The notes under the pieces: generated by a model
The model's input: only the letters and a program-made list of their open reading frames with translations
Databases searched by the model: none
What the model was told of the DNA's origin: nothing
Part shown: piece by piece, positions 1-12,625 of the stretch
Numbering within the stretch: position 1 is the first letter of the stretch
How the letters are laid out: each line of letters begins with the position of its first letter
From: Chiloscyllium plagiosum
Taxonomy: Eukaryota
DNA: 43,152 nucleotides
Direction of reading: 5' to 3'
Assembly: GCF_004010195.1 (NCBI RefSeq)
Contig: NC_057720.1
Location: 23,864,135-23,907,286, forward strand
Position numbers and translations under genes: made by a program

Positions 1-80
1 TCATCACCACTTTCTGAAGGACAATTAGGCATGGACAATTAAAGCTGGCCTCAAGATGTCACATCTCATTAAGTAAAAAA
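1..80 (+). mobile_element. 3' tail of CR1/L2-superfamily LINE family 2 (or of its derived SINE)
   Basis: caccactttctgaaggacaattaggcatggacaattaaagctggcc matches the reverse complement of the LINE 3' ends at 12276 and 23600. Confidence 0.6.
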
Positions 81-131
81 ATCTAGTAAGTGAATTCTTG
101 AGAAGAAATTGGAAGTAAACCTAAATCTATT

Positions 132-336
132 ACAGAAACAAAAATAGAAGTTGCTGGAAAAGCTCAGCAGGTCTGGCAGATTCTGTGAAGAGAAATCCAG
201 TGACTCTTCCTCAGAAATAGACCTGAAATGTTAACTTTGATTTCTCTTCACAGATGCTGCCAGGCCTGTTGAGCTTTTCCAGCAACTTCTGTTTTTGTTT
301 CTGATTTATAGCATCCACAGTTCTTTCAGTTTTTAC
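132..336. mobile_element. Fold-back PLE-terminus mini-element, family C
   Basis: Inverted arms cagaaacaaaaatagaagttgctggaaaagctcagcaggtctggca / tgccaggcctgttgagcttttccagcaacttctgtttttgtttctg, with a partly deleted hammerhead core in the centre. Confidence 0.8.
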
Positions 337-924
337 TGAATGGACAACATATGTAGTCATAATGCATGTTATTACTTTAATTCTATTTGCTTTGTTTAAT
401 TTGTTCTGTGTATAATAAAACTGGTTTTCTTTTCAACAAAGTGATATATTTTGGCATAGTTCCATTGATGAAAATGAAGTAGTCTGATTTCTCTTTAAAC
501 GTTAACTGTCTGTGATCAAATTAAAACATTGTGAAATGCTAATATTTCTAAGTTAATGTTATCTTTCAGTGACAGATTTACAAACAATGGTTATGAGAGG
601 CACAGAAACTTATAAGATGAAGAGCATCAGACATTCACAATTTTAATTTCTTTGTAGGCTTGTACAGGTGTCCAATGTGCACATTGTGGGTAGGAGTAAT
701 TAGTGCCCAATTACTCCAAAACCACCCACTATGAAACATCTACATAAAACATAAAATAATTACACCCTCCTCCATATCTCCAGTGTACTCCTGGCTTCGA
801 GCATACCATTTTAAATTTCCTCATCAGAATGTGGGATATCAAATATTTCATTGTCAGGTTTTTCAAGAAGTTGCAAAAGATTTTTAAATGCCCTTTACTT
901 ATGTTTTAAGAGATTGTCCATGTG

Positions 925-1300
925 GACCATCATAAGATTCTGAGGGAGTTTAGTAGGATAGACACTGAGAGGATATTTCCCTTTGTGGTGAAACTAGAAC
1001 TAAGAGGCACAGTTTCAAAATAAGGTGCTTCCCATTTAAGACAGATGAGAAGGACTTTTTTCTCTCAGTGCATTGTTAGTATTAGGAATTATCTCCACTC
1101 AATAACCACTGAGCATGGGTTGTTGAATATATTCAAAGCTGATTTAGAGTTTGATTAATGAGAGTCAAATGTTTTGCAGACAGTTGGAGGGTTGAGTTAC
1201 AGCTACATCAGATTGGCCATAAACCTATTAATTGGCAGAGCAACTTCGAAGGGCCTGGAAGTTTGATTCCTGCACCTATTTCTTATATTCTTATCAAACA
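925..1300 (+). mobile_element. Old CR1 LINE 3' fragment
   Basis: Similar to the CR1 ORF2 C-terminus and 3'UTR at 6985-7350 (tagaactaagaggcacagtttcaaaataagg...atattcaaagctga...ttcttatattctta). Confidence 0.7.
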
Positions 1301-1457
1301 CATGTAAGCATTTCCTTGGAGACCAATATCTGGGGCTATACAGCTTAAGATGAAAGTTGGGAAGTTGAGGTGGTAGCCTAGAACACAACTCGAAGTTGTG
1401 AAACTGTGTCATTGTTGAATGAAGGGAGGGCTATTTCAAAGTGAGACTCTGCATTAA

Positions 1458-1755
1458 GGGCGGCACAGTGGCTCAGTGGTTAGCACTGCTGCCTCACAGC
1501 ACCAGGGTCCCAGGTTCGTTTCCAGCCTCGGGCAACTGTCTGTGTGGAGTTTGCACATTTTCCCAGTGTCTGCATGGGTTTCCTCTGGGTCTCCCACAGT
1601 CCAAAGGTGAATTGGCCATGCTAAATTGCCCATAGTGTTAGGTGCATTAGTCAGAGGGAAATGGGTCTGAGTGGGTTACTCTTCGGAGGGTCAGTGTGGA
1701 CTGATTGGACTAAAGGGCCTGTTTCCACACTGTAGCGAATCTAATCTAATCTAAT
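1458..1755 (+). mobile_element. HE1-type tRNA-derived SINE
   Basis: gggcggcacagtggctcagtggttagcactgctgcctcacag head with A/B boxes (ggttcgtttcc), conserved core and (tctaa)n tail. Confidence 0.9.
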
Positions 1756-1814
1756 TTTCGATTTCCCCAATCCATTGATTTCACTTTCAGCAACATCCCT
1801 AAACTGTAAAGAGT

Positions 1815-2220
1815 AATAAACATACAAATATATGAACTGGGAATAGGAGTAGGCCACTCTGCCCCTCAAGCTTGCTCCACCATGACTAACTGGATTACTC
1901 TACATTACAACCTATCTTGATGGCCTTGTTATCAAGAAGCCATCCACCCTCCCCTTAATATATTAATGGACTCTGCTTCCATTGCCCTTTGAGGAAGAGC
2001 TTTCCAAGATTCACAGCTCTCTCTCAGAGAAAAAAAAACCTGTTTCAAGTGGGGTATTAGAATCATACACAAGAGAAAAGATCCATTTTGCATCCAGCTT
2101 GTCAAGATCCTGAAGGATCTTACGTTTCAAATAAGTTACCTCATACTCTCACAAATTTGAGCAAATATAAGCCTAGTCTGTACAACCTTTCCTCATAAGA
2201 CAATTCACCCATTTCAGGTT
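1815..2220 (-). mobile_element. Old CR1 LINE 3' fragment
   Basis: Reverse-complement CR1 3' region (ggaataggagtaggccactctgcccctcaag...caacctttcctcataagac). Confidence 0.65.
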
Positions 2221-2620
2221 CCTCGGCTAAATAATTACGTTGAGCTACCATCACCTACATCACCTCCACAGGAACCTCATATGACTTATAAGGCAAATTT
2301 CAGGGTGTCTCCCTCAATAATATGCAGAATGAGAACTGGAGATGGGGGAGGGAGTATAGCACCAATTATCAAGAGCTACATAAAATAATTTGCTAATGAA
2401 CATTGTTTGTTAATAAATCTAAAGGGTTGGTATTGTCATTAGTAGCTACTATGTAAACCACATTGGCTTTTAATGGGTGCAGAGCAGACTCATTCATCAT
2501 AACAGTAATTTCAGACATTACATCCCTCATTTCCATACATAATTAACTCAATGTACACCTTAGGTGGCTAGTAGTAGCTCAAATCAATTATGAGTTGGAC
2601 ATTTTTCAGGTGTCTGAGTA

Positions 2621-2955
2621 TCGACACAGTGGCTCAGTGGTTAATGCGCTGCCTCACAGCACCAGGAAGCTGGAGTTGATTCCAGCCTCAGGTGTGCAGT
2701 TTGCACATTCTCCCTGTATCTGCGTGGATTTCCTCCGAATGCTCTGGTTTCCTCCCACAGTCCAAAATTGTGCAGCTTAGGTGGATCGGCCATGTTAAAT
2801 TGCCCATTGAATCCAAGGATATATAGGTTGGTTGGGTTGGCTATGGTGGTTACTGGGATAGGGGATGGGTCTGGGTGGAAAGGTAATCAGAGGATTGGTA
2901 CAGATTTAATGGACTGAATGGCCTGCTTCCGCATTGTGGGGATTCTACAATCTAA
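2621..2955 (+). mobile_element. HE1-type SINE, diverged
   Basis: cacagtggctcagtggttaatgcgctgcctcacagcacc...ctctggtttcctcccacagtccaaa...gggattcta. Confidence 0.85.
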
Positions 2956-4581
2956 AATAAACAAACCAAGGTACTCATTTTGTACCAGTAAAATAGGCTC
3001 AATTAGATCACATTAACTTATTAACTTACAAAAAGCTTTGCTTTTAAATCAAGTCATGTTTAGACAGTGTGCACTTCAGAGTTACTGAGATGCCCCTAAC
3101 AATGGTGGAGTTTGAGGCCGAGCCTTTTTTAACTTCTGGGCATCATTAGAATATATTGTGCAAGCGACCATTTGGGCTGGCTGTAGAATGGGAAGTCACA
3201 CTGCCTGGTGATTAAGGTAAAACAGGAATGTGCCACCTCGTAAAAAATGAGGTAAAAAAAAATCTCCACCTTCCATTTGTTGTGCTTAAACAAGCAACAC
3301 ATGCACAACAAGATCCCAGATTTAGCAATGAACTATTTGCCCAAACAGTCTTTTAAGCTTTGCTTGTTTATAAGTAAGTGCTGGCCAGGAGTACTCCGCT
3401 TTTGCTCTTCTAGTAGGACCATACCATCTTACATCCCTCTGAAAGTTTAGACAAGGCCTCAGCTTAAATTTCCCCAGAAGATAGTGGGCTAATCTTACCA
3501 GCTTTGAAACACGTCTCCCATCAGGAAACAAGTGAAGATTGACTGGCTGCCCACTCAGCATCATAATCTAATGTGAGAAAGCCAGTTGAGGTCTCTTTTT
3601 TCTTCATATTAAATGAAAGCGACAGTTGGGGTGCTTCAAAGGTGGGTGGTCCAGAGTACTAGATGGGTGGCAGCCCCTATAGAAGAGATGGGTGAAGAAC
3701 TGCACAGACACATCAAAATAGAAACACCCCCTGGAGCTTTTTAAAGGTTGGAAAATAAAGAATGACCAAAGCTGTCCTGTATACTACTATAAGACAACTT
3801 CCAGATACATCTGGACTCTGGTGTCAGCATGGAGAGAGTTCATATGACTTCAGGAATATTTTGGCACAATCATAAATCTGCCCCTATGGGTCCTTTAATT
3901 GACCTCATTGGCAATCTGCCATTGCCAAATGATTAACTGCTGACATATTGACCCCATTAATGATCACAGGAATGAGTTAATAAGTCAGCCTGACACATTA
4001 ATTTTTCTGGTCCCAATACCCAACCTTGGCATCATGAAGCTGATTAGGTTCTGCTCCATATTCTAATGGTACAATGTAAGTCACCTCCTTATTCCTCAGA
4101 AACCAAAACTTGCTGATTCAGGGGAAGCAAGTGGAGAATTTTATCTCATCACATGCAACACATCATTTTTACTTTATCTATAGCCCACATGCCTCATTCC
4201 AAAAGGAAACACATGGTACACCATTCAGAAACTCAGTAATGTTTTACACAAGGGTAATAATTAGACCTAGGACTCAGTCTATGTATTTACAGTACACGAG
4301 TGATGTTTACCACAAGGTTGACCAGTACATCGCAAACCATCATCTAATGAGATGGAAGGCTGTCACAAAACTGTGGGCCAGATTGATAGGTGGATCATTA
4401 TTGTCATCAGATCGCTAGTAAGAATATTGATGGGATTATGTCTTTAAGAGACACCAAGAAATAGTGTGTGAAAAAATCTCTAATGTAGGCTTACACTTTG
4501 CACTTGTGAAAATATTTACCAATGATTCTTCACTATGTCTGGAGAACCTCAGGCATTTCCTGTCAGTGAGAACCAACTCAC

Positions 4582-4639
4582 TGCAGGGATCTATCAGCAT
4601 TTTTACCAACACCACAGTCTGGCAGCATTTTGATACTTG
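4582..4639 (-). CDS. Candidate 58-nt internal exon of an unidentified host gene
   Basis: Minus strand shows polypyrimidine tract tattttgtttttcaattttcatgctttttttaaAG, then the exon, then GTGAGT. Open frames are xSIKMLPDCGVGKNADRSL(Q/H) or QVSKCCQTVVLVKMLIDPC. It lies in non-repeat DNA. Confidence 0.45.
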
Positions 4640-5239
4640 CTTTAAAAAAAGCATGAAAATTGAAAAACAAAATAGAGCTCTCACTGGTTTTGGTTTCCTA
4701 GGCAATGTTAGGGAACTGGTCACAATTACTAAGTACAATTCCAGGGATGCGAAGCTGGTAACATACATTAAACAAAATCAATAGAATGAGAATCGGGTAG
4801 GTTTGAAAACAAGTGGGAGAGTAACACTTACTGACAACCACCTGTGCAGTGAAAACAAAATTCTACTTCAATGTGCTGTCAAAAATAAACCATGAGCTAA
4901 TTAGAACAGCACCAAACATGAAACATAAGGTGAAATTTTCCATGTGGATGTTCAAATGTGCATTGAACATATTGGATGGTGTCATATCCCCCAATATCGA
5001 CAGGGATGTGACACGAACCCCTTCACACAATCACAAGCTTTCTCAGCATATGATCTATGTAAGGAGGATATTGATTGAGTCCTTTAGTTAATCACATGGC
5101 CAACAGTCCCCCCAATGGTGAGACATTCCAAGCCATATTTAAAAGCCAGCTGGACTCCACTCATTGCAAGCCACGAGCTTCTCCTCAGCTTATGATGGTC
5201 CCACCCGTCAAAGATTAAAGATATCATCAAAGGTGACTA

Positions 5240-5450
5240 AGATGGCTTCAGGGTGTACTTGTGCTGCCTTTCAGGGGCTGTTAGAAGAGGGGACTAAAAG
5301 AGAGTTCACCATCTTCCCAGGTGACTGCAAGAGGAGCCTATCCCATCAGATTCCCTCCAGTCTGGGCAAAAATTACAGCATGGAGCAATACCACAGGCTC
5401 TCACAAAAGGATCTGCAAACAGTGTAGGAAAGAATTTAATGATTCTCTGT
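5240..5450 (+). pseudogene. Decayed Myb/SANT-like DNA-binding ORF, probably from a PIF/Harbinger transposon
   Basis: Frameshifted pieces LLEEGTKREFTIFPGDCKR and VWAKITAWSNTTGSHKRICKQCRKEFNDSL fit the Myb_DNA-bind_5 pattern W..IA..vN....R...QC+K+.ND. Confidence 0.5.
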
Positions 5451-6114
5451 ACGCTGCACCATTTTCTCTCTGCCACTTCACACTCACAGTGGTAACTCTG
5501 CCACTGCTCGGACATCTCACAAAGGGTCATAAGCTGTAATGTTCAGCATCACTTGATTTCCATTCAGGAGCTTAAAGCCATTTCATCCTCTCAAACTATT
5601 AATGCTTCCAGCCTACGATGCATGGATGTGGCATTAGCCAGGTGTGGAAGCATTCTCCCTGGTTGCTTAGAAATCTTCCTTGCATGGGTTGAGGGCCTTT
5701 GAAAGTGGCTGCTACTTGTGAGTAATGAAGGGTATATGAATTGTGGGGACATCCTGCATTATCTGGCTGTTGTGTTTAGAAATGATATGAACTTTAAGGG
5801 AGTGGAATCCCTTCCTGTTCATGACCACTGCTGGTTCATGACAGGATGCTCTTATGGCTAAGTGTCTGCAATTGATTTAACCCCACAGCTGAGGGACACC
5901 AATGATGGCTGAGAACCCCAAACCCCTCTTTGTATGTTGAAGAGAGATGAGGTTAATTGGAGTACTTTTGTAAAGGCAACATCAATGACCTCCTAATGTT
6001 GACATCTATGAAATGCCATGGAGCTCACTGGAATGTTCCGTTGGCATAGGAATTAAGGTTAGATGTTAAATTTGGGACTACTGGGATGGGACTGAAACCG
6101 AATCATAATGACCA

Positions 6115-6190
6115 TAAATCTCAAGTTTCTCGGAGTAAACAATCTGTTCTGGTCCATTCACGTCGATGCTACGGTCAAGAAAAACCTCTA
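6115..6190 (+). mobile_element. Rex1/Babar-like LINE RT fragment
   Basis: KFLGVNNLFWSIHVDATVKK resembles the post-RT motif KFLGV.I..nLsW..H....vKK. Confidence 0.55.
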
Positions 6191-6984
6191 TTATAAAAAT
6201 AAACTACACAATTCAAAACTGCCATTCATCTTAACTTGCAGCAGATCTATGAGATCAATATCAGAAAGTAAAGAGTCATTTCAGCCTTGATATCCTTCCA
6301 CATGAAGTTTCAGGGTTTTCCCTCACAGAAGACAGTGTCATACCTGGGCAAGACCCTAAACAGCAGGCACTCTATTTGATTCTGTATCATTGTGAATGTT
6401 TAAAGGCCAACTCCTTGCTACCAACCTCAAAGAAGCTAGCAGGCAGCATTTCTTTCAAACTTGATCGTACCTCTCCCTATCATTATTAGTAATCCTGACT
6501 GTGTTTAAGGTGGTCAAGGAAAGTGTCCATCTGAACTTAGAAAGAAGCATCTGCATGGGGATACTTGTCAGCTTGACCGAAGGTGCCTTATCTGGCAAGC
6601 TGTGTCTTGTGTGTGGGGATGTGGGAACTGTTACATGGCACCTTGCAGCCCTTGAGAATACCAGCCTTGGTAAGTGGAGATGGTGAACTTTTGAGTGAAT
6701 ATCCTTTGCTTCATTGACTTTTGTTGATTTCAGATATCATAAGATACTGGTCAGAGCATACTGTCCTCTCAATCAGCAAAGCTTTAAGGTGCAAAGCAGT
6801 ACTCACTGAATAATTGGCTTGAATAGGTTCAGTGGTGATATTTACAGGAAGAGGAAAATCACATTGACATGGTAGTCCTGCTGAATTCATTATCATTTTT
6901 CCTGTTTTGTTTCCTACCAACCTGATTGAACAGCTGGTTCAGCATTTTGGACTGATATTCATTGGAAGTGATCTTACTGACAAA

Positions 6985-7350
6985 TACAAAATTCCGAAGA
7001 AGCTCGACAGGGTAGATATTGGGACAATGCTTCCTCTAGTGGGGAAATCTAGAACTACAGGTTTATTTTCAAAATATGGCATCTCCCATTTAAGATGGAG
7101 ATAAGGCGGTGTCTTTCCTTTCGAACAGTCATTAATCTTTGGAATTCTCTTCCCCTGCAGCCAGTGGAGGCTGGTCATTTATTACATTCAAGGCCAAGTT
7201 AGACAGATTTTTGATCAACAAGTTAAGGGTCACATGGGAAAGCAAAAAGTGGGGTTGTGGCAACATCAGATCAGCCACGAATTTATTGAATGGCAGAGCA
7301 GGCTTGATGGGCCACGTGGCTAACCCCTCCTCCTATTTCTTCTGATCTTG
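6985..7350 (+). mobile_element. CR1 LINE 3' fragment
   Basis: KKLDRVDIGTMLPLVGKSRT and FKAKLDRFL pieces followed by the CR1 3'UTR. Confidence 0.8.
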
Positions 7351-8257
7351 TATGTATCCAGATAAGTGTCAGTAAGAAGCCATATATCCAGAGGCTACAG
7401 GACATGATGGCAAAGACTGGGCTTTGATTGGGGGTTTTGGAGCGGACAGCTAGGAGAGGAGAGAAAGAGGGAACAGGAGGTCTGCTCTTCACAACAGAGG
7501 TTACAATTGGCAGCAAAGAGGCTAATGACTTGCTTAAAAGGCAGAAGATTGAGAGCATACTCCTGCTCCACTCTGGTACATTAATATATACTGACCAGAT
7601 GGAGGCAACAGTTAGGATTTCAGCTTACAGTTAATTCACTAGCTAAAGTGCTGAAGTCAGATTGAAAATATCTTAGTCAAGGGTCTGATCTCTAAAGGGC
7701 AGGACTATGTTATATCACATTACCACCACCATGAAAATGGTGGCAGTCATGTCTATTATACTTTAGGAATGCATCCCCTACCTTTTAATTACAATCCCAT
7801 TCCCAAGCTCTTTCCCACTTGGATTGGGTGGATATTAATACCAATATGTTTGGAAGGATTAGACAGTGTTACACAAGTTAAAGTCAGGCTTTTGACATGC
7901 TGTAATTTATTTGCCCTATCATTTTAGTCATTCTCTGTATTCTGACTGGACATCTGACCTTCCACTCACTTTTGTGCAATTATATTTCTTTCCTTAAGTT
8001 TGATGCTTTCCTTAACTTCTTCAGTTAACCATAGCTGGTGAATCCTTCCCTTGAATACTTCGCTTTATAGTACGTTCTGTATAGTATGTTCTGAAATATC
8101 CATTTACATTCACGTTGCTGTTTCTCTCTTGATCAATCTTCTAGCCTAATAACCAAGTTCACTTCAGCTTTCATACTCACACTGTTGCCCTTTTTTTAAG
8201 TTTAAATACTACTCTCAGACCCATCCTTCTCACTTTCACACTGGATGTTACATTCAT

Positions 8258-8418
8258 TTAGAATGTTTAAAACTCATTTGAATAAGTACATGAATAAGAA
8301 AGGTTTGGAGGGATATGGGTCAAGCACAGGCAGGTGGGACGAGTTTAGTTTGGGATTATGTTCGGCATGGACTGGTTGGAGCAAAGTGTCTGTTCTGTGC
8401 TGTATGACTCTATGACTC
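8258..8418 (+). mobile_element. CR1/HER1 extreme 3' end
   Basis: catttgaataagtacatgaataagaaaggtttggagggatatgg...ctatgactctatgactc tail, as at 29450-29612. Confidence 0.8.
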
Positions 8419-8849
8419 TTTATTATATTTGTTACTATCTAGAGGTGTCTTCACTCTATGAATTAATCCTGTCACATTATACAGCACTACGTGTCTTATA
8501 GCCTGCCCTCTGACTAATTCCAGAACATGCTGCTCTGAGAAAACTATCATTCAAAAGCATTTTCCATAAGTCCTTGGAAATCCAGCACAGAGTATTCAAT
8601 TAAAATCCATTGGTTTGATATGAAAGTGCATCAGACTGATCACAACTACTCTAAAAGAAAGAAGGATTAATTTGAAAGCAAATGTAAATTAGTTTGATGA
8701 AGTAACAATACTATAGAGCAATTAATTTAATTAATAATTAGTTTTCAGCACAACAAGCTGATCTCCTGTATAGAACAAAGATTACTACTACTTTATAGTC
8801 AATCTGAAAATATTTCGTGAATTGTGACTGCAAGTTAACTGTAATGATA

Positions 8850-10250
8850 ACCACATGACCAAAAAATACAAGAAAAGAAATAGGGCATTCAGCCCATCAC
8901 ATCTGCTCTGCCAGTTGATTATGGCTAATATATTTCTCAAACCTTTCTCCTGGATTCTCTCCATAATCTTTGATTCCCTTGCTAACCAAGAGCCTATCTC
9001 TGACTTAAATACACTGAAAGATATGGCCTCCACAGTCCTCTATGACAATACATTCCACAGATTTGCCACCCTCTGACTGAAGAAATTCCTCCTCATCTCA
9101 GTTCTAAAGGGTTGGCCCTTCACTCTGAGGCTGTGCCCTCGAATCCTAGTCTCTCCTACTGGTGGAAACACCTTCTCCACATTCACTCTGTCCAGGCTTC
9201 TCGGTATTATGTAAGTTTCAATGAGCTCCCTCCCTCATCCTTCAAAACTTCATCGAGTTCAGACCCAGAGTCCTCAACCGTTTTTCATATGACAAGCCTT
9301 TCATTCCTGAGATCATTCTTGTGAACTTCTTCTGGACACCCACAAAGGCTAACACATCCATCATTAGATACAGTGCCCACAACAGCTCAAAATGTTCCAA
9401 ATGTGGTCTGATCAGAGCGCTGAACCTCAGCAGCACAGCCCTGTTCTTGTATTCTAGACAACTTGAAATGAATACTAACATTGCATTTGCTTTCATAATT
9501 GCCAACAAAACCCACATGTTAACCTTAAGAGAATCCTGAACATGGACTCCCAAGTCTCTTTGTGCTTCAGATTTCTGAAGCCTTTCCACATTTATAAAGT
9601 GGTGTACCCCTGTATTCTTCCTACCAAAGTGCAGAACTTCACACTTTCCTACATTGTAATCTATCTGCCACTTCTTCGTCCACTCTCCTAGACTGTCCAA
9701 GCTCTTCTGCAGCCTCCCCGTGTTCTCACCATACCTGTACCTCCAACAATCTTTGTGTCATCTGCAAACTTAGCAACAGTGCCCTCAGTTCCTTCATCTA
9801 CATCATTAATGTATCCTAACACAGGCCTCTGTGGAACTCCATTAATTATTGACTGCCCTCCTGAAAAAGGCTCTTTTATCCTCACTCTCTGCCATCTGCC
9901 CATCAGCCAATCCTCTATCCATGCTCGTACCTTAACCCTAACACCAGTCTCCCTAGCAGTCTCCTATATGATACCTTGTCAAAGGCCTTTTGGAAATCCA
10001 AATACTCCACGATCACGAGCTCTCCTTTGTCTAACTCACTCATTACCTCCTCAAAGAATTGTAAAAGATGACTTCCCCTTGACAAAGGTGTGCTGTCTCA
10101 GCCCTTTTCCAACCATGCACCTTCAAGCACTCCGCAATCTCATTCTTCATAAGGGACTCCAAAATCTTACCAATGACCAAGGTCAGGTGAACCAGCCTAT
10201 AATTTCCCATCTTCTGCCTGCTTCCCTTGTAAAATAGGAGTGTTACATTA
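8850..10250 (-). mobile_element. 5'-truncated CR1 LINE (decayed RT and 3' end)
   Basis: GNYRLVHLT, GVPQRPVLG, KFADDTKI, NVGKCEVLHFGRKN, LIRPHLEH and GLSYEKRL motifs with frameshifts. Confidence 0.9.
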
Positions 10251-10535
10251 ACAAACCGGTGAAGGCGCACTGTCACCATTTGGAAGGAGAAGACATGCTC
10301 ATAATTCATGTGTAAACCTTAAATGGAACTGATTTTGTTTCTTATGGCTGAAATCCTCCAGACAGTGACAACAATCATCAGATTGTTGCTTCATTCACCA
10401 AATCTCCTGACTCTTCTTTTGGGTTCTTTCAAGTTTAACTTCCCCATAAAAAGCAGTTCAGCATCCCTTGGGCAACTCCGTTGGAGTGAAGTAGAGTCAG
10501 GGAAGGTAGAACATGTCCTCCTTTTATAGCACTAC

Positions 10536-10752
10536 AGACAAAAAAATCTGCAGATGCTGGAATGCAAGGTAGACAAGCAGAAAGCTGGAAGAACACAGCA
10601 AGTCAGGCAACACCAGAAGTTGGAGAAGTCAACATTTTGGGTGTAGCCCTTCTTCAGGACTCCAGAGAAGGGTTATATCCGAAATGTCGACTGTTCAACC
10701 TCCTGATGTTGCCTGGCTTGCTGTGTTCTTCCAGCCTCCTGCATGTCTACCT
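10536..10752. mobile_element. Fold-back PLE-terminus mini-element (family A-like)
   Basis: Inverted arms aggtagac..gctggaagaacacagcaag / cttgctgtgttcttccagc..gtctacct; perfect 14-bp TSD ttttatagcactac at 10522-10535 and 10753-10766. Confidence 0.9.
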
Positions 10753-10809
10753 TTTTATAGCACTACCTGCTGCCTAGTAAGTCTAAGAGTCCAGCCTGTA
10801 TCTTAGTCA

Positions 10810-11020
10810 ATGGGTGAAGTGATGGATGAAGGGGATAAGTGGGTGTGGTTGATAAGTGGGTGAAGTGGGTTGTTGTGTAAGTGAGTTCGTCAGTAGAGGT
10901 AGGTAAGTGAGTCGACAGGTGGGTGAGGTGGTTAGGTGGGTACGTAGGTAAGTGGATGAGATGTATAAATGGATAGGGGAGTAGGTGGATGAGTAGGTAA
11001 CTATGCTGGTCAGGTAAGGC
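10810..11020 (+). repeat. G/T-rich low-complexity tract
   Basis: Degenerate gtgggtga / gtaggtaagt units; the tract continues after the insertion at 11243-11370. Confidence 0.6.
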
Positions 11021-11036
11021 TAGAGCGTTAATGAAG

Positions 11037-11226
11037 CTGAAAATGTGTTGCTTCCCTTGTAAAATAGGAGTGTTAAAATAGGAATTATGGAATCCTTCCT
11101 GAAGAAGGGCTTATGCCCGAAACGTCGATTCTCCTGTTCCTTGGATGCTGCCTGACCTGCTGCGCTTTTCCAGCAACACATTTTCAGCTCTGATCTCCAG
11201 CATCTGCAGACCTCACTTTCTCCTCA
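11037..11226 (+). mobile_element. PLE-terminus mini-element, family A, with short inverted end and captured local DNA
   Basis: 16-bp TSD tagag(c/t)gttaatgaag at 11021-11036 and 11227-11242; ends ccagcatctgcagacctcactttctcc. Confidence 0.9.
11095..11130 (+). ncRNA. Minimal type-I hammerhead ribozyme motif
   Basis: CTGAAGA-A-GGGC ttat GCCC-GAAAC-GTC-gatt: conserved core boxes, stem II hairpin and GUC cleavage triplet. Confidence 0.7.
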
Positions 11227-11677
11227 TAGAGTGTTAATGAAGTTGGGTCAGCAGACTGGTCAGACTGTCAAGAGGGGGATTCAGGAGTGGGCTAATCAGG
11301 TGGCCAGCGAGCAATTGGGTGATCAGGAAGGGTGATCAGGGTGTTGGAGAAGTCATAAGTTTGTGGATGGCTGGCATAGAGTGCTGTGCCCAATAACCCT
11401 TTTTTATTCTACATCTAAAATCCTGTCCGGTTAGCAGTTGTAGAGGATATACCATTAGTGAATCTTAACAAAAATAGAGGCACTTTTCTTTAGAATAAAA
11501 TATGGTTAACATGATAGTAATAGATACGTTATATTTGTTAGTTAGACAAAATTCTGGAGATTATCAGGAGCTCGAGATTACATTTCTAACTCCATAGAGA
11601 TCTAGAACTGGAATCTCTGTTCTTTACGAAGTCAAAACTTTCGGGCTAATTCCCAGCGTAACAAAGCACAAAGGATT

Positions 11678-11775
11678 GTGAAAAGGGTCACTAGACCTGA
11701 AATATTGACTCTGCTTTATTCTTTATATGCTGCCAGACATGCTGAGTTTCTCCAGCTATTTCTGTTTGTTCTTCA
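11678..11775 (+). mobile_element. PLE-terminus remnant, family C
   Basis: aagggtcactagacctgaaatattgactctgc...tgctgccagacatgctgagtttctccagc. Confidence 0.7.
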
Positions 11776-12275
11776 AATTCCCATTGTGGGCGTCCACAGG
11801 ATGCTGATATATATCTTCAATCATACATCCAGTCTCCAATGATCTGAAGGCCAGGAGACTAATTGTAGATTGACAACATTTTTACATGATCTTTTTGTTT
11901 TATTGTGTGGTTTATGCCACACTGTGAATATGGGTTCAAGACAGCTGGTTGAGGAAAAGGCAAATTCAAAAACTATCTTTAGGCTTAGACTTCAAAGTAA
12001 TGCTACAGTTACTAAATTAATATTAAATACCGCAATGTTTGGTAATCATTGATATTTCAGGCCCTGGCTTATAGTTACATTTTATAAGGACTAATCCATG
12101 TTCTTCAAGTGCCCTTGTCCATGTAGCAATCTACTCTAATGTAGAGTACAAGCATGTTCTAACTCCACCCACACTGCAGTATTTGTGATCAGTGATTTGT
12201 AACTCAATGACATAATCTCAAGGGTCCTAAACCCTTATATAATACTTCTGATATATAGAAACAGACTCTTCGCTC

Positions 12276-12625
12276 ATGGAACATGGCGTCACTAGCCTGC
12301 CAGGATTTATCGCCCACCTTTAGTTGCCATTGAGTGGTGGTGAGCTGATTTTTGAATTCTTGCAGTCTGTGTACAGTTATTGGATCCACGATGCTATCAG
12401 GAAGGGAATTCCAGGATTTTGATCCATCAACAGTAGAGAAACAGCAATATATTTCCAATGGTGAGTGGCTTGAAGGGGAACTTGTGAGTGGTGGTGTTTT
12501 CATGTATCTGCTGCCCTTGTCATTCCAGATGGAAGTGATCATGGGTTTGGAAGGTGCTGTCTGAGGAACCTCAATGAATTTCTGCAGGGAAGTTTGTAGA
12601 TATTACACACTGTTGCTATTGAGCA
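12276..12625 (-). mobile_element. LINE family 2 3' fragment
   Basis: Homologous to 23600-23970; translates as GSKSWNSLPDSIV...LQEFK. Confidence 0.8.
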
